A DNA stretch of 64,000 bases from Alphaproteobacteria bacterium (GTDB lineage Bacteria > Pseudomonadota > Alphaproteobacteria > CACIAM-22H2), in contig WGNX01000003.1 of assembly GCA_016124335.1 (NCBI GenBank), positions 6,747-70,746 of the forward strand. The letters are read 5' to 3'. A model generated the notes under the pieces. It searched no databases and had not been told where the DNA came from. It was given only the letters and a program-made list of their open reading frames with translations. The translations under genes were made by a program, and so were the position numbers. This document shows positions 7,544 through 18,689 of the stretch, piece by piece (the first letter of the stretch is position 1; each line of letters begins with the position of its first letter).

Positions 7544-8421
7544 GCCTCGCCCCGGGCCAGCCGTTCGCGATGAAAAACATATATGCCCGAAGCGATCACG
7601 ATGCCAGCGCCCACGAGCGTGGAAACCGATGGAACGGTTCCAAACAGCAGAAAGCCGAAAATGGCGACCCAGACGATCTGCAGGTAGACATACGGCGCGA
7701 GCACGACTGCGCGTGCATAGATATACGATTTGCTGAGCCAATAATGGCCGGACATTCCCAACGCGCCGATAGCCGCAAATATGAACCACGCCTGGGCGGT
7801 GGGCGTAATCCAGACAAACGGAACTACAAAGGTGAAGATGATCGTGCCGATCGTGCCGGCATACGCGATACCCACATTCGGCGGATCGGCTGCGGCGAGC
7901 GTACGTGTCATCAGATGGAACCCGGCATTCAACGCGGCACTCGCCAGACACAGAAGCGCTGCCCATTGAAGCGAACTTCCGGTCGGCCTTATGACAAGAA
8001 CGACGCCGAGGAAGCCGAAAAGCACCGCCGCCCAACGGCGCGGACCGACCTTTTCGCCAAGGAAAACGAACGCAAGGGCCGTCAGGATGAGCGGCATCGT
8101 GAAACTGATTGCCTGCGCATCCACGAGCGCAATCTGACTGATTGACGCGAAAAACAGGAAAGTGATCAGGCTGATCAGTAGGCCTCGAGCAATCTGCACG
8201 CCTGGCCGAGCGCTCGCGAACGATCGATGGAATCCCTGGCGTGCGAAGACTGGCAGCAGCAGTACAAACTGGAAAAAATAGCGCCCCCACACGACTTGCA
8301 GTGGATGGTAATCCTGCGTCAGGAATTTTGCACCGGTATCAAGTGCCGCAAAGCACAATGTCGTCCCACAAAACAGAAGGATGCCGATCCAAGTGCGATT
8401 GGCTGGCGTCGCATTAATCAT
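7540..8421 (-). CDS. EamA/DMT-family transporter
   Basis: 293 aa, about 10 hydrophobic helices, duplicated EamA-like halves; 21 nt downstream of puuD-like gene on the same strand. Confidence 0.85.
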   Translation of the reverse strand: MINATPANRTWIGILLFCGTTLCFAALDTGAKFLTQDYHPLQVVWGRYFFQFVLLLPVFARQGFHRSFASARPGVQIARGLLISLITFLFFASISQIALVDAQAISFTMPLILTALAFVFLGEKVGPRRWAAVLFGFLGVVLVIRPTGSSLQWAALLCLASAALNAGFHLMTRTLAAADPPNVGIAYAGTIGTIIFTFVVPFVWITPTAQAWFIFAAIGALGMSGHYWLSKSYIYARAVVLAPYVYLQIVWVAIFGFLLFGTVPSVSTLVGAGIVIASGIYVFHRERLARGEA

Positions 8422-8442
8422 GATCGGAAAACGCGCAGCGCA

Positions 8443-9360
8443 TCAGCCTCGAATGGCCGCATAGAAAATGGCTGCCATCATTGCCGCAGCAGCAGGCCAG
8501 ACCCAATAGGCTTCGCCGGCCCGGTCCTTGTTGCGGAGGTTGAAGTAGTGCCGGACGGTCGCGCCGACGCAGCCCAAACCTGCAAGGATTGCCCAGTTCC
8601 AGTCGCTGCCCCACGTCGTCGCGTAATTCTTCGACAGCATGATGAAGACGACGGGAAGGGTGAAATAGTTGTTGTGCAGCGAGCGGAACTTGGCCTGTTT
8701 TGCAAACCGGAACTGTGGCGGCCGCCCCTCGCGCGTCGCATCGACGAGTTCCCGCTGGTTCGGGATGATGATCATCCAGACATTCGCCGTCATGATCGTG
8801 CCGATCGTGGCACCGACATGGATGTAGGCCGCGTGCGGCGCCATAACCTGGGTTAGTCCCCAGGCAAGCACGACAAGCAGCACGATGGTCGCGAAGGTCG
8901 CCGCAGCGGGATTGGCTTCGGCCCAACCACTCTTCCAGAGCCGGTCGTAGATGACCCACATCGCCGCGATCACGCACAGCGAGAAGATCATCGCGCCGAA
9001 AGATCCGATGCCCTCGAATGCCGGATGCGTCAGGAACGATCCGCCGGAGCCGACATAGTAGACGATCGCTAGCAGCAATACGCCCGACATCCACGTGAAA
9101 CCGGCTTCCCACTTGAACCAGTGCAGCTCCTTCGGAAGCACCGGCGGCGCCACGGCGAACTTCTCCACGCGGTAAAATCCGCCGCCATGGACGAGCCAAG
9201 CCTCGCCTTCGACGCGCTCGCGCGCGACTTCCGGCGGCCGGAACTTCGACTCGAGCCAGTTGAAGTAGAAGGACGATCCGATCCAGGCGATGCCGGTGAT
9301 CACATGCGTCCAACGCACGATCAGATCGGCCCATTCCTGAAACATTGGCATGAATGACAT
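8443..9360 (-). CDS. puuD: urate hydroxylase PuuD-like integral membrane protein (membrane domain only, no cytochrome c domain)
   Basis: Inner ATG (MSFMPMFQEW) behind GGAGAA. 'WTHVITGIAWIGSSFYFNWLE' and the multi-TM pattern match my memory of PuuD. Directly downstream of uraD-uraH. No CxxCH motif anywhere. Confidence 0.7.
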   Translation of the reverse strand: MSFMPMFQEWADLIVRWTHVITGIAWIGSSFYFNWLESKFRPPEVARERVEGEAWLVHGGGFYRVEKFAVAPPVLPKELHWFKWEAGFTWMSGVLLLAIVYYVGSGGSFLTHPAFEGIGSFGAMIFSLCVIAAMWVIYDRLWKSGWAEANPAAATFATIVLLVVLAWGLTQVMAPHAAYIHVGATIGTIMTANVWMIIIPNQRELVDATREGRPPQFRFAKQAKFRSLHNNYFTLPVVFIMLSKNYATTWGSDWNWAILAGLGCVGATVRHYFNLRNKDRAGEAYWVWPAAAAMMAAIFYAAIRG

Positions 9361-9379
9361 TCGGCTTTTCTCCGGCCCG

Positions 9380-9733
9380 TCAGGATCCGCGATAGGTCGA
9401 GTAGCTCCACGGCGTGACGAGAAGCGGGACATGATAGCTGCCGTCCGCCTCGGCCAGACCAAATGCCACAGTCGCCACGTCCAGAAACGGCGGCTCGGGC
9501 AGGCTCACGCCGTTCGCACGGAAATAATCGGCAACATGGAATCGCAGTTCATACCGCCCGGGCCGATAGGACTGGGGATCGAGAAGCGGCCGATCCGTGC
9601 GGCCATCGACGTTTGTCATGTACGTACCCAGAACAGTCGGGCCACCCGCGTCGACGCGCACAAATTCTATCGTCATGCCGTTCGCCGGCCGGCCGTTCAT
9701 CGTGTCGAGAACGTGGGTCGAAAGTTTTGGCAT
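9380..9733 (-). CDS. uraH: 5-hydroxyisourate hydrolase (transthyretin-like)
   Basis: 'LSTHVLDTMNGRPA' and the diagnostic C-terminal 'YSTYRGS'. ATG at 9733 behind GAGGGA (the track start at 9748 is a TTG). Confidence 0.92.
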   Translation of the reverse strand: MPKLSTHVLDTMNGRPANGMTIEFVRVDAGGPTVLGTYMTNVDGRTDRPLLDPQSYRPGRYELRFHVADYFRANGVSLPEPPFLDVATVAFGLAEADGSYHVPLLVTPWSYSTYRGS

Positions 9734-9744
9734 TGCGCTTTCCC

Positions 9745-10266
9745 TCAAGCGTCGGCGACTAGATCGGCGAGCCGCAGGGCGGAGATCCGCCCGACCTGCC
9801 GCAGTGCCTCGTCGAATTCCGTCGCTTCGGTCGACTGGAGACGTCGTCCAAACGCCTCAAGGATGGCGAGCTTGTCCAGCCCCCGTACCGCAAGAATGAA
9901 CGGGAAGCCGAACTTTGTCCGATATTCGGAATTCAGCCGGTGGAATTCGGCAAATTCCTCCGCCGTCAGGCGATCAAGGCCGGCGCCTCCCTGTTCGGCC
10001 GCGGAGTCCGCCGTCAACGAGCGGTCGATTGCGGCCTTGCCGGCAAGCTCGGGATGCCCTGCCAACAGCGCCAGTTGGCGCCCTCGATCGGCGGAAGCGA
10101 CCACGGAAAGCATTGCGCGGTGCATGGCCTGACGATCCTCGAAAGGGCGAAATCCGGCCGCGCGCTCCGCGACCCACGGGGCGTGCTCGAAAAGATGTCC
10201 GAATACGGCCGCGAACTCCATGGCCGAAAACGCGTTTACGGCTCCAATCGATAGAAGCATGGCCAT
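9745..10266 (-). CDS. uraD: OHCU (2-oxo-4-hydroxy-4-carboxy-5-ureidoimidazoline) decarboxylase
   Basis: 173 aa; 'LLAGHPELAGK', 'KFGFPFILAVRG'. Confidence 0.9.
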   Translation of the reverse strand: MAMLLSIGAVNAFSAMEFAAVFGHLFEHAPWVAERAAGFRPFEDRQAMHRAMLSVVASADRGRQLALLAGHPELAGKAAIDRSLTADSAAEQGGAGLDRLTAEEFAEFHRLNSEYRTKFGFPFILAVRGLDKLAILEAFGRRLQSTEATEFDEALRQVGRISALRLADLVADA

Positions 10267-10445
10267 TTCCGGACCTTAGTTCGCCGCGCGGCGATCGACA
10301 AGCGCACTCGGTGCGCTCAAAGGGTACGCACGACGCCCAAGATTCGGGCGGACGGCTTGCGCCGGGCGAGTCGGGTGCGGCAGACTTGCGGCATGGGGCT
10401 TGCTCCATACGGTTCGGGACTTATTTCGCAGGAGAGGCTCAACTC

Positions 10446-11246
10446 GTGTCCGGAACCAGGGATTTTGTCGAGATCGACCGGGTAAGCCTCGTTTACCGGA
10501 CGAAGGATGGAGATACGCTTGCCCTCAAGGACGCGGATATCAGGATTGCCAAGGGCGAGTTCGTCTCTGTCGTCGGTCCGTCCGGCTGCGGAAAATCGAC
10601 ACTGCTGAAGCTGGTCTCCGGCCTCCACGCGGCAACGACGGGAAATGTGATCGTCGGCGGCGAGGAGGTGACCGGACCGCTGAAAATCTGCGGAATGGCG
10701 TTCCAGAATTCGATCATGCTGCCCTGGCGTACGCTGATGGACAACGTGCTTCTGCCGATGGAAATCGTCGAGCCGCACGCAAGAACGTTCCGTCGCGACC
10801 GCAACAAGCACGTCGCGGCGGCAAAAGAACTCCTTGCCACCGTCGGGCTCTCGGGCTTCGAAGACAAATACCCTTGGCAGCTTTCCGGCGGCATGCAGCA
10901 GCGCGGCTCGCTTTGCCGCGCGTTGATCCACAGCCCGGAACTTCTGCTTCTCGACGAACCGTTCGCGGCACTGGACGCCTTCACGCGCGAAGAGCTCTGG
11001 GACGTCGTCCAGACGCTTTGGATCAAGAAGCGTCCGACCGTGATCCTAATCACGCACGACCTTCGCGAAGCCGTCTATCTGTCGGACCGCGTCATCATGA
11101 TGAGCGCGCGCCCCGGCCGGGTCCTCTCGACGAACGAGATCGGTTTCGCGCGCCCGCGCACGCCCGACGTAGCTTTTCAGCCCGATTTCGTGGATATCGT
11201 TCACCATTTGCGCGACGAGATATCCGCCGTCCGGGCACGGAAATAG
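10446..11246 (+). CDS. ABC transporter ATP-binding protein (NitT/TauT nitrate/sulfonate/bicarbonate-like), no cognate permease or SBP adjacent
   Basis: GTG at 10446 after AGGAGAG (the track ORF 9915..11246 is over-extended across uraD antisense). Walker A '[12 protein letters not shown]', signature 'LSGGMQQRGSLCRAL', Walker B 'LLLLDEPFAALD'. Confidence 0.85.
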   Translation: MSGTRDFVEIDRVSLVYRTKDGDTLALKDADIRIAKGEFVSVVGPSGCGKSTLLKLVSGLHAATTGNVIVGGEEVTGPLKICGMAFQNSIMLPWRTLMDNVLLPMEIVEPHARTFRRDRNKHVAAAKELLATVGLSGFEDKYPWQLSGGMQQRGSLCRALIHSPELLLLDEPFAALDAFTREELWDVVQTLWIKKRPTVILITHDLREAVYLSDRVIMMSARPGRVLSTNEIGFARPRTPDVAFQPDFVDIVHHLRDEISAVRARK

Positions 11247-11385
11247 GCGGCAGCGGCATCCGACCGACGCGGTTTTGGCGCTTGCGCAACCGGGAGTGTT
11301 GGGATTGAATCGTCTTCTGCCCGGGTATCGGCTTGGGCGTTACGGATGCGGATGAACGGCACCCGCAATTTGGGTATCGGACGCC

Positions 11386-12402
11386 ATGAACGCCATCTCC
11401 GTCGAAATCGCGCTCGACGCGCTTGCCGAACGGGTCAACGACCCGGTGATCCGGATCACGCTTGCCGGCCGACTCGTGTTCGCGAACGCGGCGTTCGCGC
11501 GCGACTTTGGAACCGCTCCCACGCACATCGAAGATCTTACCGTCGACGACGTCTGCCGCGAGCGACTAAGCGCGACGCTGCGGACAGGCGGCGATGCCGA
11601 ATTGCCGATGTTCGACGCGTCCGGGCGCCTGAAACTCGTGAATGTCGATGCGATGCGATGCGGCAACGGCCACATCCTCGTCCTTCGCCCGCAATTGCCC
11701 GAGACGAAACGCGCGGGCGACGTTTTCATCGCGACGGCAAGCCATGAGCTTCGCACGCCGCTCAATGCCGTCCTGGGCTTCGTCCAGATGCTCGAACGCG
11801 GGATTGGTGGCCCGCTTACGGACAAACAGCGGGAGTATCTTGCGTCCATCCGTGCGGGTACCGAAGTCCTGGCGAGCATCGTCGGCGAGCTTCTGGAAAT
11901 TGCACGCGACGACGGGGCGGCGGAACGTCTCAACGAAGCGCCACTCGATCTGGCGGCTCTCTTCCGCGCCCAGCGCGACCTCATACGCGCCGAAGCCAAC
12001 GCTCGAAACGTGGCCCTTGCCGGCGACCTGCGCAGTGAACCGATGGTGGTGCGCGCCGACGCACGGAAGCTCTCTCGGGCGATCCTCGATCTTCTGTCGA
12101 ATGCCGTTCGTTTCACGCCGGCTGGCGGAACAGTGACGGTCGGGCTCGAACGCAATTCGGTCGGCGCGATCGCGCTATGGGTCGCCGATCAGGGAAGCGC
12201 AGCTATCACGTCGCGTGGCGTCGAGGCAGCCGGGCTTGCGCCGGATTCCGCCTATCAGCGCCGCGCGCCTGGGGCCGGCATCGCATTGGCCATCATCCGA
12301 CGCTACGCCGAACAGCATGGCGGACACCTCGAAATCGCGATCGCCCCCGATGGGGCCGCGCGCGCGACGATGCTTTTGCCCGCGGACCGTGCTGTCGGCT
12401 GA
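11386..12402 (+). CDS. soluble sensor histidine kinase (PAS-like N-terminus, HisKA, HATPase_c)
   Basis: 338 aa, no TM segment; H-box 'ATASHELRTPLNAVLGF', N-box 'LLSNAVRFTP', atypical G-boxes 'ADQGSA' and 'APGAGIALAI'; no response regulator adjacent. Confidence 0.8.
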   Translation: MNAISVEIALDALAERVNDPVIRITLAGRLVFANAAFARDFGTAPTHIEDLTVDDVCRERLSATLRTGGDAELPMFDASGRLKLVNVDAMRCGNGHILVLRPQLPETKRAGDVFIATASHELRTPLNAVLGFVQMLERGIGGPLTDKQREYLASIRAGTEVLASIVGELLEIARDDGAAERLNEAPLDLAALFRAQRDLIRAEANARNVALAGDLRSEPMVVRADARKLSRAILDLLSNAVRFTPAGGTVTVGLERNSVGAIALWVADQGSAAITSRGVEAAGLAPDSAYQRRAPGAGIALAIIRRYAEQHGGHLEIAIAPDGAARATMLLPADRAVG

Positions 12403-12421
12403 GCGCCGTCAGCGCAGAAAT

Positions 12422-13660
12422 TTACTCGTTCGCCAGTTCGGCAAGACAATCGACGAGAACGCGCGCGCCGGCCGCAAGGTCTGCCGGTGTCGCCGCTTCC
12501 GCCTCGTTGTGACTGATGCCCCGCTCGCACGGGACAAAGATCATGCCCGCCGGCCCGTGCGGTGCCACGTGCATCGCGTCGTGGCCGGCGCCCGAGGGCA
12601 TATCCATGTTCGGCAGCCCGAGCGCCTCGCTCTTCGCGCGTACGAGATCGACGATGCGCGCATCAAAAACGGTCGGCGCGACATCGGTGATGCGCACGAC
12701 CTTTGCCGTACAGGGCGCCACGCTGGCCGCGACGACGCGTTCAATGCCGTCGCCGAGGCGCGCCAACACGGTCGCATCCGGATGCCGGAAATCGACGGTG
12801 AAATGCACGTGCCCCGGCACGGTGTTGGGCGACCCGGGCCGGCATTCGAACCGACCGACCGTGAATCGCACGACATCGGCCGGATCGTTCATGTGGCGCT
12901 GAAGCGCATCGACGACGGCGATGGCGCTGCGAAGCGCATCCTTGCGCACGCGAAGCGGCGTCGTTCCCGCGTGGGCTTCCTCGCCGGAAATGTCGACCGT
13001 ATAGCGCTGTGACCCCTGGATACCGGTAACGACGCCGATCGTGCGCCGATCGGCCTCCAGCCGCGGGCCCTGTTCGATATGTGCCTCGATATAGGCATGG
13101 AACCGCCGGTCGAAATCCGGGACGATCCGGCAGGGCGCAACCGATAGCGTATCCTTGAGGGCATCGCCCAACCGGACACCGGCTCGGTCCGTCACGTCGA
13201 GCATTGCCGACAGGGCATAGTCGCCGCCCCAGACGGCCGATCCCATCGCACCCGGCTGGAAGCGGCTGCCTTCCTCGTTCATCCATGCGATGACGGCCAC
13301 CGGCCGTCGCGTCCGGATACCGGCATCCTCGAGCGCCTCGAGCGCCTCGAAGCCTGCGAGAACGCCGTACATTCCATCGTATTTGCCGCCCGTCGGCTGG
13401 CTGTCCATGTGCGAGCCTGTCAGGACAGGCGGCGCGTCAGCCTCGGTTCCTGCCCGACGGACATAGAGATTGCCGATCGGATCGCCGTAGACGTCGAAGC
13501 CGCGCGCGGCGGCCCATTCGGCCAACAGGCGGCGGGCAGCGGCGTCCTCCGGCGACAGCGCCTGCCGGTTCACGCCGCCTCTGGGCAGTCCGCCGAGTTT
13601 CGCCATATCGACGTGGCGCTGCCACAGCCGACGCTCGTTCACTCGTTCGGAAGCGCGCAT
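12422..13660 (-). CDS. M20-family ureido-amidohydrolase (allantoate amidohydrolase / N-carbamoyl-L-amino-acid hydrolase type)
   Basis: 412 aa; 'LTGSHMDSQPTGGKYDG', 'WMNEEGSRF'; starts 10 nt after the ureG stop on the same strand. Confidence 0.85.
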   Translation of the reverse strand: MRASERVNERRLWQRHVDMAKLGGLPRGGVNRQALSPEDAAARRLLAEWAAARGFDVYGDPIGNLYVRRAGTEADAPPVLTGSHMDSQPTGGKYDGMYGVLAGFEALEALEDAGIRTRRPVAVIAWMNEEGSRFQPGAMGSAVWGGDYALSAMLDVTDRAGVRLGDALKDTLSVAPCRIVPDFDRRFHAYIEAHIEQGPRLEADRRTIGVVTGIQGSQRYTVDISGEEAHAGTTPLRVRKDALRSAIAVVDALQRHMNDPADVVRFTVGRFECRPGSPNTVPGHVHFTVDFRHPDATVLARLGDGIERVVAASVAPCTAKVVRITDVAPTVFDARIVDLVRAKSEALGLPNMDMPSGAGHDAMHVAPHGPAGMIFVPCERGISHNEAEAATPADLAAGARVLVDCLAELANE

Positions 13661-13670
13661 CGATGCCCCC

Positions 13671-14297
13671 TCAGGCCGCCTGCCGCGGGCGTGGCTTGAG
13701 GCCGCCCTTGGCGCAGATGAAATCGGCGATGTCGGCTACGCCCTTGCCCGCCTTGATCTGCGTGAATATGAACGGTCGTTCGCCACGCATCTTGCGCGCA
13801 TCGCGATCCATGACGTCGAGCGAGGCTCCGACATAGGGCGCAAGATCCGTCTTGTTGATGACCAGTAGGTCCGAGCGCGTGATGCCGGGCCCGCCTTTGC
13901 GCGGAATCTTGTCGCCGGCAGAAACATCGATGACGTAAATCGTGATGTCCGCAAGTTCGGGCGAGAACGTCGCCGCGAGATTGTCGCCGCCGGATTCGAC
14001 AAACAGCAGTTCGAGGCCCGGGAACTTCGCAGTCATTTCGGCACACGCCGCGAGATTCATCGATGCGTCCTCACGGATCGCCGTGTGGGGGCAACCGCCG
14101 GTCTCGACCCCCATGATCCGCGACGGATCGAGTGCGCCCGACCGCGTGAGGAACTGCGCGTCCTCTTTCGTGTAGATGTCGTTGGTGATCGCCGCGACGT
14201 CGAGAACGTCGCGCAGATGCTTGCACAGGGCGTCCACCAGCGCGGTCTTGCCCGAGCCGACAGGGCCGCCAATTCCGACGCGTAAGGGTCCACTCAT
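13671..14297 (-). CDS. ureG: urease accessory GTPase UreG
   Basis: 208 aa; P-loop '[12 protein letters not shown]', '[11 protein letters not shown]'; ATGA overlap with ureF. Confidence 0.97.
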   Translation of the reverse strand: MSGPLRVGIGGPVGSGKTALVDALCKHLRDVLDVAAITNDIYTKEDAQFLTRSGALDPSRIMGVETGGCPHTAIREDASMNLAACAEMTAKFPGLELLFVESGGDNLAATFSPELADITIYVIDVSAGDKIPRKGGPGITRSDLLVINKTDLAPYVGASLDVMDRDARKMRGERPFIFTQIKAGKGVADIADFICAKGGLKPRPRQAA

Positions 14298-14995
14298 GAC
14301 CTGAATATCCTCGAATATTGAACTTCGTGGCGAAAGGATAGCGCGTCAACCGCGATCGTCGCAGCACCCGCTTCGTCGAGTGACCGGCCGATCGACGCCG
14401 CGACGGCCGCATCGACATCGCTCTCGAGGCCTGCAAGCGCGCGCTGGCCGTCGGTCTGGCCAAGTGGAATGGCACGCACCGCAGCGGAAACAAGGTTGGC
14501 GGCAAAGGCGTGCAGATAGGCGCACAGCGCATCGTCAACCGGGATGGCGGCACTCGCCACCGCGCAGGCAACGGAAACCGGGAAGGCCGGTCGGATGGCC
14601 GCAGCGGCAAGTGCGTCGCGCCAGCCCTTCACGTCGACCGGCCAGGCGTCCGCGATCGCGGAAAAGAAGCTCTCGCCCTGCTGGGTTGCCTCAAGCGCCA
14701 ATTCGCCGGTGCCGCGCATCGCGGCGGCGATTTCGGCGACTTCGACATAGCCGGGCTTCGAATTGCCAAGAACGGCCGCGTGCGCATGACGGAAGAAAAT
14801 TGCGTCGGCCTGCGCCGATCCATGGGCGAGAAGATCGGCGATCCATGCCTGGAGGGTCGCACGGTCGTGCACCAACCCTTCTTCGATCGCGGCTTCCAGA
14901 CCGTGGCTGTAGGCAAACGAACCCACCGGAAAGGACGGCGAGAGCCACGCCAGCAGCTTGGCCAGCCCCTCAGTGCGCATGCCCGCCCCCGGCAT
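14294..14995 (-). CDS. ureF: urease accessory protein UreF
   Basis: '[17 protein letters not shown]'. Start may be the second Met (14980). Overlaps the ureE 3' end by 11-26 nt. Confidence 0.9.
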   Translation of the reverse strand: MPGAGMRTEGLAKLLAWLSPSFPVGSFAYSHGLEAAIEEGLVHDRATLQAWIADLLAHGSAQADAIFFRHAHAAVLGNSKPGYVEVAEIAAAMRGTGELALEATQQGESFFSAIADAWPVDVKGWRDALAAAAIRPAFPVSVACAVASAAIPVDDALCAYLHAFAANLVSAAVRAIPLGQTDGQRALAGLESDVDAAVAASIGRSLDEAGAATIAVDALSFRHEVQYSRIFRS

Positions 14996-15418
14996 AGGCG
15001 CCCGGTTCGGGATCGAATGGGCCCTGCTTGCGCTCGACCCGGGCGCCGAGTTTCTCGGCCATCTCGGCGATCACGTGATCGTCGAGCAGCCGCAGCGCCC
15101 CATTGGCAAGAATCTGAACCGGCAGGTGGCGATTGCCGACATGCCAGGCGACCCGCGCGAGATGCGCGGGATCGTCGCAGGCGATATCCATGACCGCCTC
15201 GTCGGCCGCCCGCACTTCGACATAGCTTCCGTCTTCCAGCGCCAATCCATCGCCCGCGCGCAGATGCGCGGCGTGAACAAGATCGAGAAGGAAATCGACG
15301 CCATCGTCCGTCCGCATGGCGATGCGGCGCCGGTGCCTGGCATCTGACGCGAGCGTCACGCAGCCGCGACGGCGCGCGAGGTCCCACGCCCCCGCCGGAT
15401 CGACCGCAAGCGCGCGCA

Positions 15419-15419
<1 letters not shown>
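14970..15419 (-). CDS. ureE: urease accessory metallochaperone UreE
   Basis: Inner ATG (MRALAVDP...) of over-extended track ORF 14970..15776, overlapping the ureC stop by 1 nt (TGATG). 'AWHVGNRHLP'; short His-containing tail 'GGGHAH'. Confidence 0.88.
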
Positions 15420-17128
<1,709 letters not shown>

Positions 17129-17129
17129 G

Positions 17130-17456
17130 TCATTTCCCCCGCTTGGGCGTCTTGAGTTTGCCGTTCACTTCGCCGCGGAATCCATGGACGATCCCGGAAC
17201 CGCCATAGGCGACTAGGTTCACGCTGCGCGTCTGTCCCGGCTCGAACCGCACGGCCGTCCCCGCCGGAATGTCCAGCCGCATGCCGTAGGCCTTCTTCCG
17301 GTCGAACGACAGTGCCGGGTTCGTCTCGGAAAAATGATAGTGAGAACCGACCTGAATGGGCCGGTCGCCGGAATTCGCAACGTCGAGAGCGACGGTCCTG
17401 CGACCGGCGTTCAACTCGATTTCGCCGTCCTTGACCAGCAGTTCACCCGGTTTCAT
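17130..17456 (-). CDS. ureB: urease beta subunit
   Basis: 108 aa; '[13 protein letters not shown]'. Confidence 0.97.
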   Translation of the reverse strand: MKPGELLVKDGEIELNAGRRTVALDVANSGDRPIQVGSHYHFSETNPALSFDRKKAYGMRLDIPAGTAVRFEPGQTRSVNLVAYGGSGIVHGFRGEVNGKLKTPKRGK

Positions 17457-17463
17457 CGCGCCC

Positions 17464-17766
17464 TCACCGAATGGGGTTGTGGACCGTGACGAGCTTCGTC
17501 CCGTCCGGAAAGGTGGCTTCGACCTGGATGTCGTGGATCATTTCGGCGATGCCGTCCATCACCTGATCACGGCGCAAAACCTTCGCCCCGTCGCGCATCA
17601 GGTCGGCAACCGAGCGGCCGTCGCGCGCACCTTCGACGACGAAATCCGCGATCAGGGCAACCGCTTCGGGATGGTTGAGCTTTACGCCACGCTCCAGCCG
17701 CCGGCGCGCGACCATCGCGGCCATGGCGACCAAAAGCTTGTCTTTTTCACGCGGACTAAGGTTCAT
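17464..17766 (-). CDS. ureA: urease gamma subunit
   Basis: 100 aa; '[23 protein letters not shown]'. Confidence 0.97.
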   Translation of the reverse strand: MNLSPREKDKLLVAMAAMVARRRLERGVKLNHPEAVALIADFVVEGARDGRSVADLMRDGAKVLRRDQVMDGIAEMIHDIQVEATFPDGTKLVTVHNPIR

Positions 17767-17799
17767 CGGCGGTCACTCCCAATGTCGGGCATCCTAGCA

Positions 17800-18639
17800 T
17801 CACACGTGCCAGAGACGGGATATCCCGTCCGGCAGGCCGAAAACGCCGTGACGCAGCGCCTGCCAGAGGCGGCAGTAACGGGCGCGCAGCGCCGGCACGT
17901 CGGGATCGAGCAGCCGCGCGACCAGCAGCCCGCCGACAAGACCGCACGACACGCCGGCTTGCGAGCGCGCGATTTCCAGCGCCCCCGCCGCATCTCCAGT
18001 CGCGCAGACCAGCATCGCGGAAGCCCGTGCGCCCCCCAGCAGTGCCGGCCGGTCGAGAAGCGCATCGTTGACCGGATCGGCGATAAACCGGTCCGCCCAA
18101 ACGAGCCGGCCTTCGCGGCGGACGCGCCAGCCATCGCGGAGCGAACCGCCAGTCATCGTCTCGCCACGCGCGCGGCGCCCGTAAACGACGATTTCACCGC
18201 CGAGAAACGTCGCGCCTGGGGCGAGATCCAGATCGAGGCTTCGATCGAGCCGCGCCTTATCGAACAGGATCGTCTCCTGCGGAAACCATTCGAGGCGCCC
18301 ACCCGCCCCGACCGTCAGCCTGTTCCGGATTTCGCTAGCCGGCCCCCAGCTCCGATAGATCTTCTCGGCTGACTGTCCGACGACCAGCGCTTCGGCGCCG
18401 GGCCCCAGATCGATTTCCGTCGACAGCCGATCGCCGCCCACGACGCCGCCCCCGGTGTTGACAAGGACCGCGACCGGCTGGCCTTCGGCGAGCGGGTCGG
18501 GAAAGAGGATTTTCAGTGGGTCGCGCTGGTCGAGGTCCTTCAATCGGACGACACCGTCGGGATCACGCGCGAACGCCGCACCGGCGCGGCCGTTAACCGC
18601 AGGACGGGCGAGCCCGCGCGTGCTATCACCATTCTCCAT
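17800..18639 (-). CDS. ureD: urease accessory protein UreD
   Basis: 279 aa; 'NTGGGVVGGDRL'; first gene of the ure cluster. Confidence 0.9.
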   Translation of the reverse strand: MENGDSTRGLARPAVNGRAGAAFARDPDGVVRLKDLDQRDPLKILFPDPLAEGQPVAVLVNTGGGVVGGDRLSTEIDLGPGAEALVVGQSAEKIYRSWGPASEIRNRLTVGAGGRLEWFPQETILFDKARLDRSLDLDLAPGATFLGGEIVVYGRRARGETMTGGSLRDGWRVRREGRLVWADRFIADPVNDALLDRPALLGGARASAMLVCATGDAAGALEIARSQAGVSCGLVGGLLVARLLDPDVPALRARYCRLWQALRHGVFGLPDGISRLWHV

Positions 18640-18672
18640 GCCGGGCCGAGTTTAGCCGTGGGCCGGCGTACA

Positions 18673-18688
18673 TGCACAGGGGAAGCCG
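18673..18688 (-). promoter_or_regulatory. candidate sigma-54 (-24/-12) promoter for ureD
   Basis: Minus-strand reading cGGCtt-cccct-gTGCa has correct GG-N10-GC spacing (8/11 to TGGCAC-N5-TTGCA), 35-50 nt upstream of the ureD ATG. Confidence 0.25.
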
Positions 18689-18689
18689 C

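Noticed and set aside
6995-8290. Long track ORFs suggesting large proteins: 6995-8290, 9915-11246, 14970-15776, 21470-23206, 22267-23337, 34897-35886, 47614-48999, 49190-50686, 60619-62046.
   Set aside because: Their N-terminal halves overlap the upstream gene in another frame and are compositionally junk. In each case an internal start codon reproduces the normal family length and gives a 1-4-nt overlap or a good SD, so I trimmed them.
10409-10437. Guanidine-I (ykkC) riboswitch upstream of the NitT/TauT ATPase: ACGGTTCGGGAC...GGAGAG resembles the 3' half of the motif, and the context (allophanate hydrolase, ABC) would fit.
   Set aside because: The conserved 5' elements (GGGTTCCG, GGTCCGAGAG) are absent and the P3 pairing (GGG/CCC) cannot form. 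The GGAGAG is simply the SD of the ATPase. I also saw no ykkC-like sequence at 25172-25335.
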